This document shows positions 55,543 through 64,000 of a stretch of DNA of 64,000 nt, piece by piece. The position numbers and the translations under genes were made by a program. Numbering within the stretch: the first letter of the stretch is position 1; each line of letters opens with the position of its first letter. Location: the IMG/VR virus record IMGVR_UViG_3300023084_000004; one strand, given 5' to 3'. A model generated the notes under the pieces. It searched no databases. It was not told the origin of the DNA and worked only from the letters and a program-made list of their open reading frames with translations. This stretch comes from a virus.

Positions 55543-56105
55543 ATATTTTTGTACTAGACGAAAATCCTATTACAGCAGCACAAATGTGCTGTGATAGACA
55601 TGTGCCTAAAATGATTATCGAGTCTGCACAAATGTTGTCAACTGTCCATCGTCTCCTTGATGGTACACCTGAAAGACGACCTTCTAAGTCTGGTAAAACA
55701 ATGCAACAATATTATTCATTTGGTGATGAACGTGATGATATGTACTATTTAGCAGTACATAAATTTCACCCATGCACAACGTGGACAAAAGAAAGTAAAA
55801 CAAACTATGAATGGCACTACGAACATTTTCGTGGATTAGCTAACGAATTTGAATATAGACGTGGAAAACCACACGCAACCTGGTTAAAGCTTGGTATGTT
55901 ATTATCTAAACCGCCAAAGAATATACCAGACATAGGATTAACTGAATTCGCTCAGGCGATGAACCATTTCCCAGAATGTAAAGTAAAAGGAAATGCTGTA
56001 AAAGCTTATAGAAATTATTATCATGCATCTAAACCATTCGCAAAATGGGAATGGGGTAGACCTGCACCAGATTGGTGGGAAGGATACCAAGGTACGAGTA
56101 TATAA
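55539..56105 (+). CDS. Pyrimidine-dimer glycosylase/endonuclease V-like family protein
   Basis: MNIF.LD..P..AA...CD.HV.KM..ESAQMLST; HPCT.W; AYR.YY. Confidence 0.65.
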   Translation: MNIFVLDENPITAAQMCCDRHVPKMIIESAQMLSTVHRLLDGTPERRPSKSGKTMQQYYSFGDERDDMYYLAVHKFHPCTTWTKESKTNYEWHYEHFRGLANEFEYRRGKPHATWLKLGMLLSKPPKNIPDIGLTEFAQAMNHFPECKVKGNAVKAYRNYYHASKPFAKWEWGRPAPDWWEGYQGTSI

Positions 56106-56144
56106 TTTTTATAATTAATACTATAACCAATAAGGAGAAAACAC

Positions 56145-56393
56145 ATGTCAAATTCGAAAGAGCTTGTAGAACAGCTTTTAGATGACGTTAACAGAGGATT
56201 AATCGGTAAAGATCATCTTCTAAGAGTATGCTTAGAGACATTAGACAAACTAGATTCTAATGTTCTCTTTGAAATGGCCATTGAATATGGTTTTATTGAA
56301 GATGCAAATGACGATGATGAAGAGTTCGTTGATTATGAACTTGATGCTCCTCAAAAAATTATCGAAAAAGTCTTACGAAGGCATGGAGAATAA
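56145..56393 (+). CDS. Hypothetical protein
   Basis: AAGGAG RBS. Confidence 0.7.
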   Translation: MSNSKELVEQLLDDVNRGLIGKDHLLRVCLETLDKLDSNVLFEMAIEYGFIEDANDDDEEFVDYELDAPQKIIEKVLRRHGE

Positions 56394-56394
56394 C

Positions 56395-56592
56395 ATGGAT
56401 TATTGGATGTTTTGGATTACTGCATCCATCTTTACTATATTAGGTTATTATTTTGGAAAAAACGAACCAGTACCATTAGAACATTCTAAAAAAATAACCG
56501 AAAATGTAATAGATACCTTAATAAAAGATGGTTATCTCAAAACTCGAGGTTCTGGTGAAAACACAGAGATTCTTAAATATGATGAATTATAG
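56395..56592 (+). CDS. Small membrane protein
   Basis: Start moved to ATG 56395 (GGAG RBS); N-terminal TM. Confidence 0.65.
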   Translation: MDYWMFWITASIFTILGYYFGKNEPVPLEHSKKITENVIDTLIKDGYLKTRGSGENTEILKYDEL

Positions 56593-56725
56593 AGCATTTA
56601 AAGTTACAGCACTTGATAATTCAAAACTTGTTGCTGAATATATCTTTGACTCATTAAAAGCAGCATTAAGCTTCCATCATGGAATGGTAGCAAAAGGGTA
56701 TGTTGTAAATATCGAAAGATTGTAA
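56579..56725 (+). CDS. Small hypothetical protein
   Basis: Start moved to ATG 56579. Confidence 0.5.
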   Translation: MMNYRAFKVTALDNSKLVAEYIFDSLKAALSFHHGMVAKGYVVNIERL

Positions 56726-56799
56726 TAAATAATATTACGAGCTAATCAGACTAGTATCTAGCCTTGAAACCCCGTATATAATTAAAGGAGAGATACTAT

Positions 56800-57501
56800 A
56801 TGTCATTTTTTGGTCCACAGATACGCTACCAATCAAACTTTAAATCAGATTATTCTGCAGATAAAAAAGCCATAGATCATCTGATTATACCACACCCTGA
56901 GATTAGAGAAGATAAAGATTTTATTAAATTGAGTAAAGTCTTAGCATCACTTATTGAAAGTGGAATTACTAAAATGGGTGAAGGATATTGTATTAGCGTA
57001 TCAGATATTATTTTTAATTATCTGAATCAGATTGGAATTAAATGCCATCTTGAAGAAGTAAAGCTTAGTATATTTGACCAAGAATCTCAAAAAGCTGAAA
57101 TGATTGGTCATAATACAGTATGGACTAAAAACTCTCATCAAGCTGTTTCAACACATATTGTAGTTATTACAGATACAGATATTCCAATGCTTATTGATTT
57201 ATCTATTGCTCATAAACTTCCAAATAATAGACAAGGAATTGTTGCTAAAGCAGAAAACTTAGGAAGTAAACTAATGGCGAGCTTCGAATATGGTAAACAT
57301 GGGTTTATGTATCAAGAAAAAATAGATGGAATTGGTGTTCCTCAATTGCACCAAATTAGTATTTTAGATCGCATTGGAACAGACAGACGAATTTTTAGTG
57401 CTATGAAAAGATTGGAAATAATGAATATTATTGGAATCTTTTTAAGCACTTTTGCCTTAATTAACGTTATAGGCAAAATATGGTTGGATTGGTGGAATTA
57501 A
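56800..57501 (+). CDS. Hypothetical protein with C-terminal TM (transglutaminase-like C...H..D pattern possible)
   Basis: AAGGAG RBS; GYCI, THIVV, LIDL. Confidence 0.7.
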   Translation: MSFFGPQIRYQSNFKSDYSADKKAIDHLIIPHPEIREDKDFIKLSKVLASLIESGITKMGEGYCISVSDIIFNYLNQIGIKCHLEEVKLSIFDQESQKAEMIGHNTVWTKNSHQAVSTHIVVITDTDIPMLIDLSIAHKLPNNRQGIVAKAENLGSKLMASFEYGKHGFMYQEKIDGIGVPQLHQISILDRIGTDRRIFSAMKRLEIMNIIGIFLSTFALINVIGKIWLDWWN

Positions 57502-57545
57502 ACTAATCCTTTTTACACACAGACATTACACACAGGAGAAATATT

Positions 57546-57758
57546 ATGTCTAATAAAACAGGCTTTGAAATCAGAGCAAATCTATTGTCCCAAGCAGAGG
57601 GACTTCTTATGTCCAACATTGATAGAGAGTATCAAACTATCTTTGAATGGAATCAAAACCACCCTGAAAACAAGAAAGATTTACCGTTACGTCAGGTAAG
57701 TCCAGCTGATGTAATTCAGGTTGCAAAACAACTTAATGAATTTGTTAACGAAAAATAA
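57546..57758 (+). CDS. Conserved phage hypothetical protein
   Basis: KTGFEIR..LL..A...DVI..AKQLNEFV. Confidence 0.75.
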   Translation: MSNKTGFEIRANLLSQAEGLLMSNIDREYQTIFEWNQNHPENKKDLPLRQVSPADVIQVAKQLNEFVNEK

Positions 57759-57831
57759 TTAAACTTTTTTCACAAAAATGGTTGACATTTGCGTGAAACT
57801 GTGTTATAATATATTTTTATTATGGAGAAAG

Positions 57832-57954
57832 ATGTATTATTTCATCGTTGAACAAATCTCAGATAGCATAATGAAAATCATTCCTGAGAGTGATTCTCAC
57901 TTATTGCAATCTGGTGGATTGAGATTAATCGAAAGAGTTTTCATTCCACTATAA
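57832..57954 (+). CDS. Small hypothetical protein (40 aa)
   Basis: Promoter TTGACA 57782 / TATAAT 57805; GGAG RBS. Confidence 0.55.
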   Translation: MYYFIVEQISDSIMKIIPESDSHLLQSGGLRLIERVFIPL

Positions 57955-58208
57955 GTTATAATAATAGGGGCTTCTAGCTCGGGGTAGCGGCAGGACTATG
58001 ATTAACAATTCTACACTAATTAACGAATTACGTTAACAAAATCCACCGCCCCAATTTTTAGGTAATTTGAAACACTAAGTTAGTCACTTAGGCTTTTAGA
58101 AAAGCGCAAAGAACAAATGACGATTGTGACTGCGGAGTTCAATACTTAGGCGGATCTTTACATACCTTTGATTGGTGTATATGGAAGGTCCGCCGTTTTT
58201 TTATGTAT

Positions 58209-58283
58209 GGCCCGTTCGTCTAGTGGTTAGGACACATGGTTTTCATCCATGCAACAGGAGTTCGATTCTCCTACGGGCTGCCA
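58209..58283 (+). tRNA. trnE: tRNA-Glu (anticodon UUC) with encoded CCA
   Basis: Acceptor GGCCCGT/ACGGGCT, D arm, anticodon stem CATGG/CCATG with loop TTTTCAT, T arm AGGAG-TTCGATT-CTCCT, CCA end. Confidence 0.95.
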
Positions 58284-58296
58284 ACTGAATAATATT

Positions 58297-58527
58297 ATGA
58301 ATATAAGCGAAAGAACCAAAAGAATACACAGAGAAACAGGAACACAAGTTGGGACTGGATTGTTAGTCAATTATCCACTTAACTTATCTTTGTTGTATAT
58401 TTTTATTGAAAAGGTTGGTATTAATGATCCTTTATTATTAGGAACAATGGTTACTTGCGTGATGACTATTGTTGCTTACACAAGAATCTTTCTGATTCGA
58501 TCATACTTTGATAAACACCCCAAATAA
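58297..58527 (+). CDS. Small two-TM membrane protein
   Basis: Start moved to ATG 58297 because the track start lies inside the tRNA. Confidence 0.65.
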   Translation: MNISERTKRIHRETGTQVGTGLLVNYPLNLSLLYIFIEKVGINDPLLLGTMVTCVMTIVAYTRIFLIRSYFDKHPK

Positions 58528-58554
58528 AAAAAGGGACCCTGAAAGGATCCCTTT
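58525..58554 (-). terminator. Intrinsic terminator of the capsid operon (probably bidirectional)
   Basis: Minus strand GGGATCCT-TTC-AGGGTCCC followed by T7. Confidence 0.85.
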
Positions 58555-58608
58555 AAAGATTGGTAGGTGAACCCTACTCTTCTTATTGATGAAAAGTTTT
58601 TTCTAAGC

Positions 58609-59931
58609 TTAGAATAAGTTAGAAACAATAACTTTTCTGTAGTACTGGTTAAGGTCTGCAGTAAGAGCACCAAGACCTTGAGCTGTACCATGAGCAAATG
58701 GATTAGCAACCATGCCATAACGAGTTTTGAACCCGATTTTTGGCTGGAAGCTATTCTCACCAACTGCTCTAACCATTTGTAATGGAACGTATGGGCAATA
58801 GAATAAACCTGCGTCAAAAGCAGATGAACCTTTGTACCCAACTACTAAGTAGTTTGCGCCTGCGAATGGATCAACATACACTCTGAAACGTCCGTTAAGA
58901 ACACCAGCAAAAGTATTACCAGTATCATCAACTTCTAAAGAGTTGCTGTTAAGAGCAGGAGCGTAATCCAATACACCAGCCATTTGCAATGCAGAAGCTA
59001 CGTCTGAAGAACAAATAACGATGTTACCTTTCCCTCTACGTGTTCCTTTTGCAATAGCGTTAGCTTCTTGTTCAATCTGGAACATAAGTCCTTTGAACTT
59101 CTCAACTGACCATCTGCCGTTAGCATCAACGTCTAAGTCGAAAGTACCTGGAACTGCTGTTCCTGTTGCACCTGGAAACGCTGTGCTATAGATTGTTCTA
59201 ACAACTTCTCTGTTGATTTCTGTTAAGATTTCAGACTGAAGAATGTTAGCAAGTTCTGTTTCAGCGTCTAAGCCATGAACTGCTCTTAAGTCTTGAGCAA
59301 GTTCAGTTGTGTATTCAGCTTTCAAAGCACGTGTTTTCGCTGATACTGTAACTTTCTCAATTGAGAATGCCATTTCAGCAAAGTTTGTACCTTGACCATC
59401 ACCTAGAGCTTCTGCAGCTGCAGTAGTCATACCAGTACCAGTTGTAATTAACTGAGTATTAGCATTTGGTAATGTGTTAGCGTGAGCTCCTGTACCTGAG
59501 AAGTCTGTATCAGCTTCGTTGTACATAGCTTCAGCGCCACCTTGTGAACCATACTTAGCTCTCATCGCGAAGATAAGACCTGTAGGACCAGTCATAGGCT
59601 GAACACCACAGATATCGTAAGCGATAAGGTTAGGAATAGCTCTTCTTACTAATGAGATCAAAATAGGGTCGTAACCAGCTGTTGGACCAGCTGCTGCATT
59701 TCCTGGAGATACACTTGCAGAGAAACCACCTGTACCAGCGTCGTTAGCTGGTGCTTCAGAAAGAAGACTTGTCATGTTTGCAGACAAGTCACCTGTTTCA
59801 GCAAGTGCTCTTTCAGTGTTTTCAAGAATAGTCGCAGTTACGGCTTTTCTATGTTGATCGTTAATTGGTGAAAAAGATTCGTGATCCAAAATTGGAGTCC
59901 ACTTTTCCACTAAGGCTTGATAATTAGACAT
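58609..59931 (-). CDS. gp23: Major capsid protein gp23
   Basis: DICGVQPMTGPTGLIFAMR, EMAFSIEK.TV.AK.RALKAEYT.ELAQDL.A.HGLDAE, YCPYVPL, FQPKIGFKTRYG. Confidence 0.98.
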   Translation of the reverse strand: MSNYQALVEKWTPILDHESFSPINDQHRKAVTATILENTERALAETGDLSANMTSLLSEAPANDAGTGGFSASVSPGNAAAGPTAGYDPILISLVRRAIPNLIAYDICGVQPMTGPTGLIFAMRAKYGSQGGAEAMYNEADTDFSGTGAHANTLPNANTQLITTGTGMTTAAAEALGDGQGTNFAEMAFSIEKVTVSAKTRALKAEYTTELAQDLRAVHGLDAETELANILQSEILTEINREVVRTIYSTAFPGATGTAVPGTFDLDVDANGRWSVEKFKGLMFQIEQEANAIAKGTRRGKGNIVICSSDVASALQMAGVLDYAPALNSNSLEVDDTGNTFAGVLNGRFRVYVDPFAGANYLVVGYKGSSAFDAGLFYCPYVPLQMVRAVGENSFQPKIGFKTRYGMVANPFAHGTAQGLGALTADLNQYYRKVIVSNLF

Positions 59932-59981
59932 TTTTGTCTCCTTTATTTAATTAACGTTTATTATTAAAAAAAACCAATTTA

Positions 59982-60983
59982 TTAATTATTCTTTTTTCTG
60001 TCGAGTGCTTCAACAAGAGCATTAATAGAAGCGTAATCAGAAGCTGGTTTTTTAACTTCCTGTTCTTCTAGAATAATTTCGTCTTCTTCGACTTCTTCTA
60101 CTTTAGGTGCGGCAACTTTGCCTTCGCTAAAGAAAGATTCTTTGATTACTTGAAGATTATCTGCATAAGCTTCTAAATCTTCAACATCGAGTTTTTCAGA
60201 AAGTACTTTAAATCTTTCTTTTTGATTTTCAGAAAGACCTTCAGTCATTTCTTCGAAAACTCTTTCAGCTTTAATAGAAGAAATTGCTCTTTGAAGCTCA
60301 ATGTTCTCGTTAACGAGTTCATTTGATTTCTCTTCTAAGTCTGAAACTTGTGTTTCCAAGTCAGCTACTACGTCGAATGTTTCGTCGTCAATAGTAACAT
60401 TGTGTTCTGCGAAAAGAGTTTTAAGACCATTCATTAAAGACTCTGCCATTTCTACTTTAATGCCAGCTTCTACAGCGATCTTGTTCTCTTCCATCCACTC
60501 GCCAACTACGTAATCAAGATACTTGTCTACATTTTCAACAACATCTTTCATACGAGTTTCAATTGACTCGCTTAATTCTACTTCAAGCTTTTCTTCAAGC
60601 TCTGAACGAATAGCTTCTACTTGGGTTTTGACCTGTTCGTTTACTGCTGCTTCAAAAACAACTTCGATTTTGTTTTTGAATTCTTCAGAAAGTTCTTCTC
60701 CATCGATGATAGAAGCAATAGATTCTGCTACAACAACTTCTTCTACAGTTTCAGTTTCTTCTTCAACTGCATCTTCAGCGATTGCTACTTCTTCTGTTTC
60801 TACTTCTTCAGCTGTAGGAACTTTTTCTCCGGCCTTTTCTTGACCAGGAGTTTTTACGTCATGCTCTTTAGGCTTGTCGTCTTTTTTAGGCTTTCTGTTA
60901 CCTTCACCACCCTCAGGGGCTTGAGGTGTAGGGACAGTTGAAATACCGTCGTCAGCAACGAATGTATTTTTGTCGTCTGCCAT
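59982..60983 (-). CDS. gp22: Prohead core scaffold protein gp22
   Basis: LSEEFK.KI..VFEAAV, VDKYLDYVV.EW, acidic coiled coil; located between gp21 and gp23. Confidence 0.92.
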   Translation of the reverse strand: MADDKNTFVADDGISTVPTPQAPEGGEGNRKPKKDDKPKEHDVKTPGQEKAGEKVPTAEEVETEEVAIAEDAVEEETETVEEVVVAESIASIIDGEELSEEFKNKIEVVFEAAVNEQVKTQVEAIRSELEEKLEVELSESIETRMKDVVENVDKYLDYVVGEWMEENKIAVEAGIKVEMAESLMNGLKTLFAEHNVTIDDETFDVVADLETQVSDLEEKSNELVNENIELQRAISSIKAERVFEEMTEGLSENQKERFKVLSEKLDVEDLEAYADNLQVIKESFFSEGKVAAPKVEEVEEDEIILEEQEVKKPASDYASINALVEALDRKKNN

Positions 60984-61048
60984 AATGTTTTCTCCTTTAA
61001 TATGTTTTAGTACAAAATTAATCTGACTGCAAATTATTTATTAAAAAG

Positions 61049-61732
61049 TTATTTTCTCAAAGAACGAACGAATGTTGTAAACATTCTTGCTGCCGTTTCT
61101 TCATCAATTTTTCTTACCACTCGATTGATTTTTTTCTCAACTTCTTCTACAATCTCTTCGATTACCTGCTCAACTTCTTGAGCTCTCCAAGATGCAGAAG
61201 CAATGTCGTAGTAATACTCTCTATTCTCCATAATGCCGTTCACAAAAGCATTAGGAGCTGAAGGATCAGTTACAATATCAACTGTTGCTAAATGGAAATC
61301 CTTTTGAACTTCCATAACACCGTCCTTCAATTGCTTTACCGAGCCTAAACCTCTTGTTGAAACGCCGATTTTAACTCCTTCGTCAAGCAATGATTTAACA
61401 ATTTCACCCATAGGAGTTGTTAAAATTTTTGCTTTACCGTAAAAGTCATTACCTTCACGTTTCATACTAGTGATCAAGTGAGAAACACGATCTCCGTTGA
61501 TTGTTGGACCGTCAGGATGTCCTAATTCACCAAGAGATCTTTTTTGTTCAATGAAATCCTTTTGATAACGATTCATTTCACCTTCTAAAGTATCACTTGG
61601 GTAAATTCTTCCATTGCGGTTTTTGATATTACCTTGCATGAAGATACCTTCGATAAAATAATTCTTTTTACCGTCTTCTTTTGCTTCGGTAATAACTTCG
61701 CAAGTTTCGTTTACTTCAGTTATTAGTTTCAT
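61049..61732 (-). CDS. gp21: Prohead protease gp21
   Basis: FIEGIFMQ..KNRNGR.YP, LGELGHP, GVSTRG.GS, VDIV.DPSAPNAFV; late promoter at 61763-61770. Confidence 0.97.
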   Translation of the reverse strand: MKLITEVNETCEVITEAKEDGKKNYFIEGIFMQGNIKNRNGRIYPSDTLEGEMNRYQKDFIEQKRSLGELGHPDGPTINGDRVSHLITSMKREGNDFYGKAKILTTPMGEIVKSLLDEGVKIGVSTRGLGSVKQLKDGVMEVQKDFHLATVDIVTDPSAPNAFVNGIMENREYYYDIASASWRAQEVEQVIEEIVEEVEKKINRVVRKIDEETAARMFTTFVRSLRK

Positions 61733-61773
61733 GTTTCTTACCCTATCTATAAATCTTTTAAATATTTATAACT

Positions 61774-62013
61774 TTAAGGAATACCATTAGCATTCCTATT
61801 ATCATAGAAATTTTTTGATAGTTCTCCCCGCTCTGCGGTTTCTCCTACCTTTCTAACCTTTACATAGGTGTATTGAGCATTTCCACCTGTAGGAGTATAT
61901 GTTCTTACTCCTAAAGCTGTAGTGCCATTAGCATCTGAATAAGTATCTGATGCTGTAGCGGCATTGTCGTATTCCCAAATTCCGTTAGAACCGAGAACAG
62001 AAACCCATGCCAT
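61774..62013 (-). CDS. Small hypothetical protein in the head cluster
   Basis: 79 aa; stop/start overlap with the upstream gene. Confidence 0.65.
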   Translation of the reverse strand: MAWVSVLGSNGIWEYDNAATASDTYSDANGTTALGVRTYTPTGGNAQYTYVKVRKVGETAERGELSKNFYDNRNANGIP

Positions 62014-63143
62014 TATACACCTGCTGTTTTAGCAAAATCTAAAATTTCTTTAAACCCTTTTTCATCTCTCATGAAAATAGTTTGCATTTCTTCTTTGTTC
62101 TTTCTGTCTTTTAAACCTTTGAATAAATCATTTAAGAGCTTAGAATCTTGTGGAGTAACTCTTACTCTCTTTTTATTATTTAATTGCATAAACCCAGGCT
62201 TTACTACCACTGGTTTAAAAGCTGCTTCTTCAACGTTTTCTACTTCTTCTTTAAACTTTTGCTTATATTGAGATTTGAGTTGACTCATTAGAACATTTGC
62301 TTCGTCTTCATCTTTAACCATTCTAAAGATAATATCGCCACCATCATAATCAAAGAAACGCTCTACATCACGCTTTGATTTCATATTTTCTTTTTCGGCA
62401 GCTTTTCTTACTGCTGCACTAACAGCAGCTCTATCATAAGCTTCGGCTACTTTTCCTTTGCCGCCACAATGTGGACAATCTTCATCACATCCACAACCTT
62501 CTTTAGTAATTTCATTTCCGCAACATTCACATTTTTCTTCATGAAGAAGGCTTGCAATTTCTTCGTCAACAGACTCGTATGTTTCTTCCATATCATCGTC
62601 ATCGACATCAATATCTTTTTCAGCTTCTGCTGCTTTCTTTGAACCTACTGCATAAGCATGTAATGATTTAACATTACCGAATACTTGTGCTAATTTATTT
62701 TGCCACCATTCTTCTGGATCTAAATCGTCTGTTGCTAAAAATTCCATAAGATCTTCTGCTGCATAACAGATATAATGAAGTTGCTTCATCATCATTGGAA
62801 TTTCTTCTTGGGGACTTTCAAGAAGATCTTCTTCTGAAGTGATTTTGTTCATTAAATCTTTAAAAGAAACTTGAGTATTTTCTTTTCTTAATGCACCACC
62901 GCCAATATCTCTTGGCATTTTAAATGGCTTGTCTTGTTTTTCTAAATGAGGATCGTAATTAGTATCGCCTTCTTGATCGGCTGGTCTTGGTTTACGCTCT
63001 ACACCTTCGATCTCACCTGTAAATTGACTATCAGGAGCGACTGGGTGTTTAATCAATTCGATCTTATGTAGATCTTTAAATTTCTTCTCGTCGCCACTTT
63101 TCGGCTGGGCGATTTCTGAGAGAATATCTTTAAAGTTTTTCAT
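62013..63143 (-). CDS. Prohead core-associated protein (occupies the gp67/gp68 position)
   Basis: Between gp20 and gp21; MKNFKDILSE N-terminus; late promoter TATAAATA at 63177-63184. Confidence 0.65.
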   Translation of the reverse strand: MKNFKDILSEIAQPKSGDEKKFKDLHKIELIKHPVAPDSQFTGEIEGVERKPRPADQEGDTNYDPHLEKQDKPFKMPRDIGGGALRKENTQVSFKDLMNKITSEEDLLESPQEEIPMMMKQLHYICYAAEDLMEFLATDDLDPEEWWQNKLAQVFGNVKSLHAYAVGSKKAAEAEKDIDVDDDDMEETYESVDEEIASLLHEEKCECCGNEITKEGCGCDEDCPHCGGKGKVAEAYDRAAVSAAVRKAAEKENMKSKRDVERFFDYDGGDIIFRMVKDEDEANVLMSQLKSQYKQKFKEEVENVEEAAFKPVVVKPGFMQLNNKKRVRVTPQDSKLLNDLFKGLKDRKNKEEMQTIFMRDEKGFKEILDFAKTAGV

Positions 63144-63184
63144 TGTTAAGTCCCTATTTTATTTGATATTATTTTTTATTTATA

Positions 63185-64000
63185 TTAAAATGGATTACCT
63201 GAGTCCATGTCTTCGTCGCCTTCATCAGGTGCCGCCGCTTTTTCTGCTTCCATCTGATCCGTCATTTCATTAAATTCTTCTTCTGACATTTGAAGAACAT
63301 TTCTTATTACCCATTCTCTTGAATAATATTTTCCAATTTGTTCTTCAACATCTCTAAGAGTATTTAATCTTTCTCTTAAAATTTCAGCATTTTTCAATTC
63401 GTCATAATAACTATCTCTAGCAAAATCATAACGAATATCATTTCTAATTTCATCGAACTCTTCAGGTGTTAAAATACCTTTAAGTACCAATTGTTTTTCT
63501 AGCATAATAGTAAATATCCAAGAAAAACGTGATCTGATACGTTTAATAAACTTTCCAAACTTTAACTCGTCTCTGGTAATTTCAGATGTTCTACCAAAGT
63601 TCGCCATTGTTTCAGGCTCTAAACGCGTTAAAGGTACTTTCAACGCTTTATATAATTTACGTTGAAAATACGTCATGTTTTCGTCGTTGCTTAAACCTTG
63701 AGCACTACCACCTGCTAATGTATCAACCTCTGTGGTACGCTCACCGCCTCGACGTGGGAACCAAAAGTCCTCAGTCATTGTCAACATTTTACGAGAATCT
63801 GTAATCTCACCTGTTGACGAATTATATTGAAGTTTATTCTTATGGCGAGTCATCATATCTCTAAGATATTGTTCCGCCTTATTCTTAGGTAAATTACCTA
63901 CATCAATATAAAAAATTCTTCTTTCAGGAGCTCTAGTCAATGTATAAATGACTGTTGCGTCCTCCAGCATTCTTAACTGATTCAATGGCTTAATTGCTGG
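63185..64000 (-). CDS. gp20: Portal protein gp20 (3' part; 5' end beyond window)
   Basis: NQLRMLEDA..IY.L.RAPERRIFYIDVGNLPK.KAEQYL, EDFW.PRR.G...TEV.TL.G, ITRDELKF. Confidence 0.97.
   Translation of the reverse strand, partial: PAIKPLNQLRMLEDATVIYTLTRAPERRIFYIDVGNLPKNKAEQYLRDMMTRHKNKLQYNSSTGEITDSRKMLTMTEDFWFPRRGGERTTEVDTLAGGSAQGLSNDENMTYFQRKLYKALKVPLTRLEPETMANFGRTSEITRDELKFGKFIKRIRSRFSWIFTIMLEKQLVLKGILTPEEFDEIRNDIRYDFARDSYYDELKNAEILRERLNTLRDVEEQIGKYYSREWVIRNVLQMSEEEFNEMTDQMEAEKAAAPDEGDEDMDSGNPF

Noticed and set aside
57967-58053. tRNA or tmRNA call for the GGGGC...GCCCCA element
   Set aside because: No T-arm (GTTCRA) and no ANDN-type tag ending in Ala-Ala.
58082-58131. Resemblance to a c-di-GMP-I riboswitch (GTCAC...hairpin...GCAAAG)
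   Set aside because: Too short and lacks the GNRA tetraloop/receptor pair and P3 motif; kept only as an unassigned structure.
58249-58296. Track start of the 58249-58527 ORF
   Set aside because: It falls within the tRNA-Glu gene; ATG 58297 is the plausible start.
4865-63804. Antisense and alternate-frame ORFs in the track (e.g. 5329-5619, 9451-9708, 13244-13567, 15784-16077, 28892-29278, 35732-36082, 36633-36851, 47372-48180, 53872-54093, 60301-60941)
   Set aside because: They shadow well-supported genes or promoter tracts, lack RBSs and show antisense-type composition.
1-64000. Stop-codon reassignment
   Set aside because: Conserved genes are full length in the standard code and end in TAA, TAG or TGA.
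1-64000. Prophage or host chromosome origin suggested by glyA, hemA, iscU, rpsU and guaC
   Set aside because: These genes are interleaved with T4-core genes, share phage promoters and composition, and no integrase or host operon context is present.

Overview
AT-rich (roughly one-third GC by eye), gene-dense 64-kb segment of a large T4-like myovirus genome, most likely marine. 1-46.4 kb (+): glycan-modification cluster with glyA; a late-promoter block of probable head-packaged proteins carrying T4-type capsid-targeting N-termini; lysozyme/spanin lysis genes; primase, thyX, nrdA, Grx-nrdB; auxiliary genes hemA, ybaN-like, iscU, rpsU, phoH, an HD (p)ppGpp-hydrolase-like gene and guaC; and an early region built on repeated sigma70 promoter cassettes. 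46.4-53.8 kb (-): operon for CsgF, CsgG, two curlin-like proteins, a FecR protein and a CHASE2 class III cyclase. 54-58.5 kb (+): more early genes, candidate structured RNAs and tRNA-Glu. 58.6-64 kb (-): head genes gp23, gp22, gp21 and the 3' part of gp20. The C4-pathway ALA synthase suggests an alphaproteobacterial host (inference). Family assignments come from motif recognition by eye; no database searches were run.
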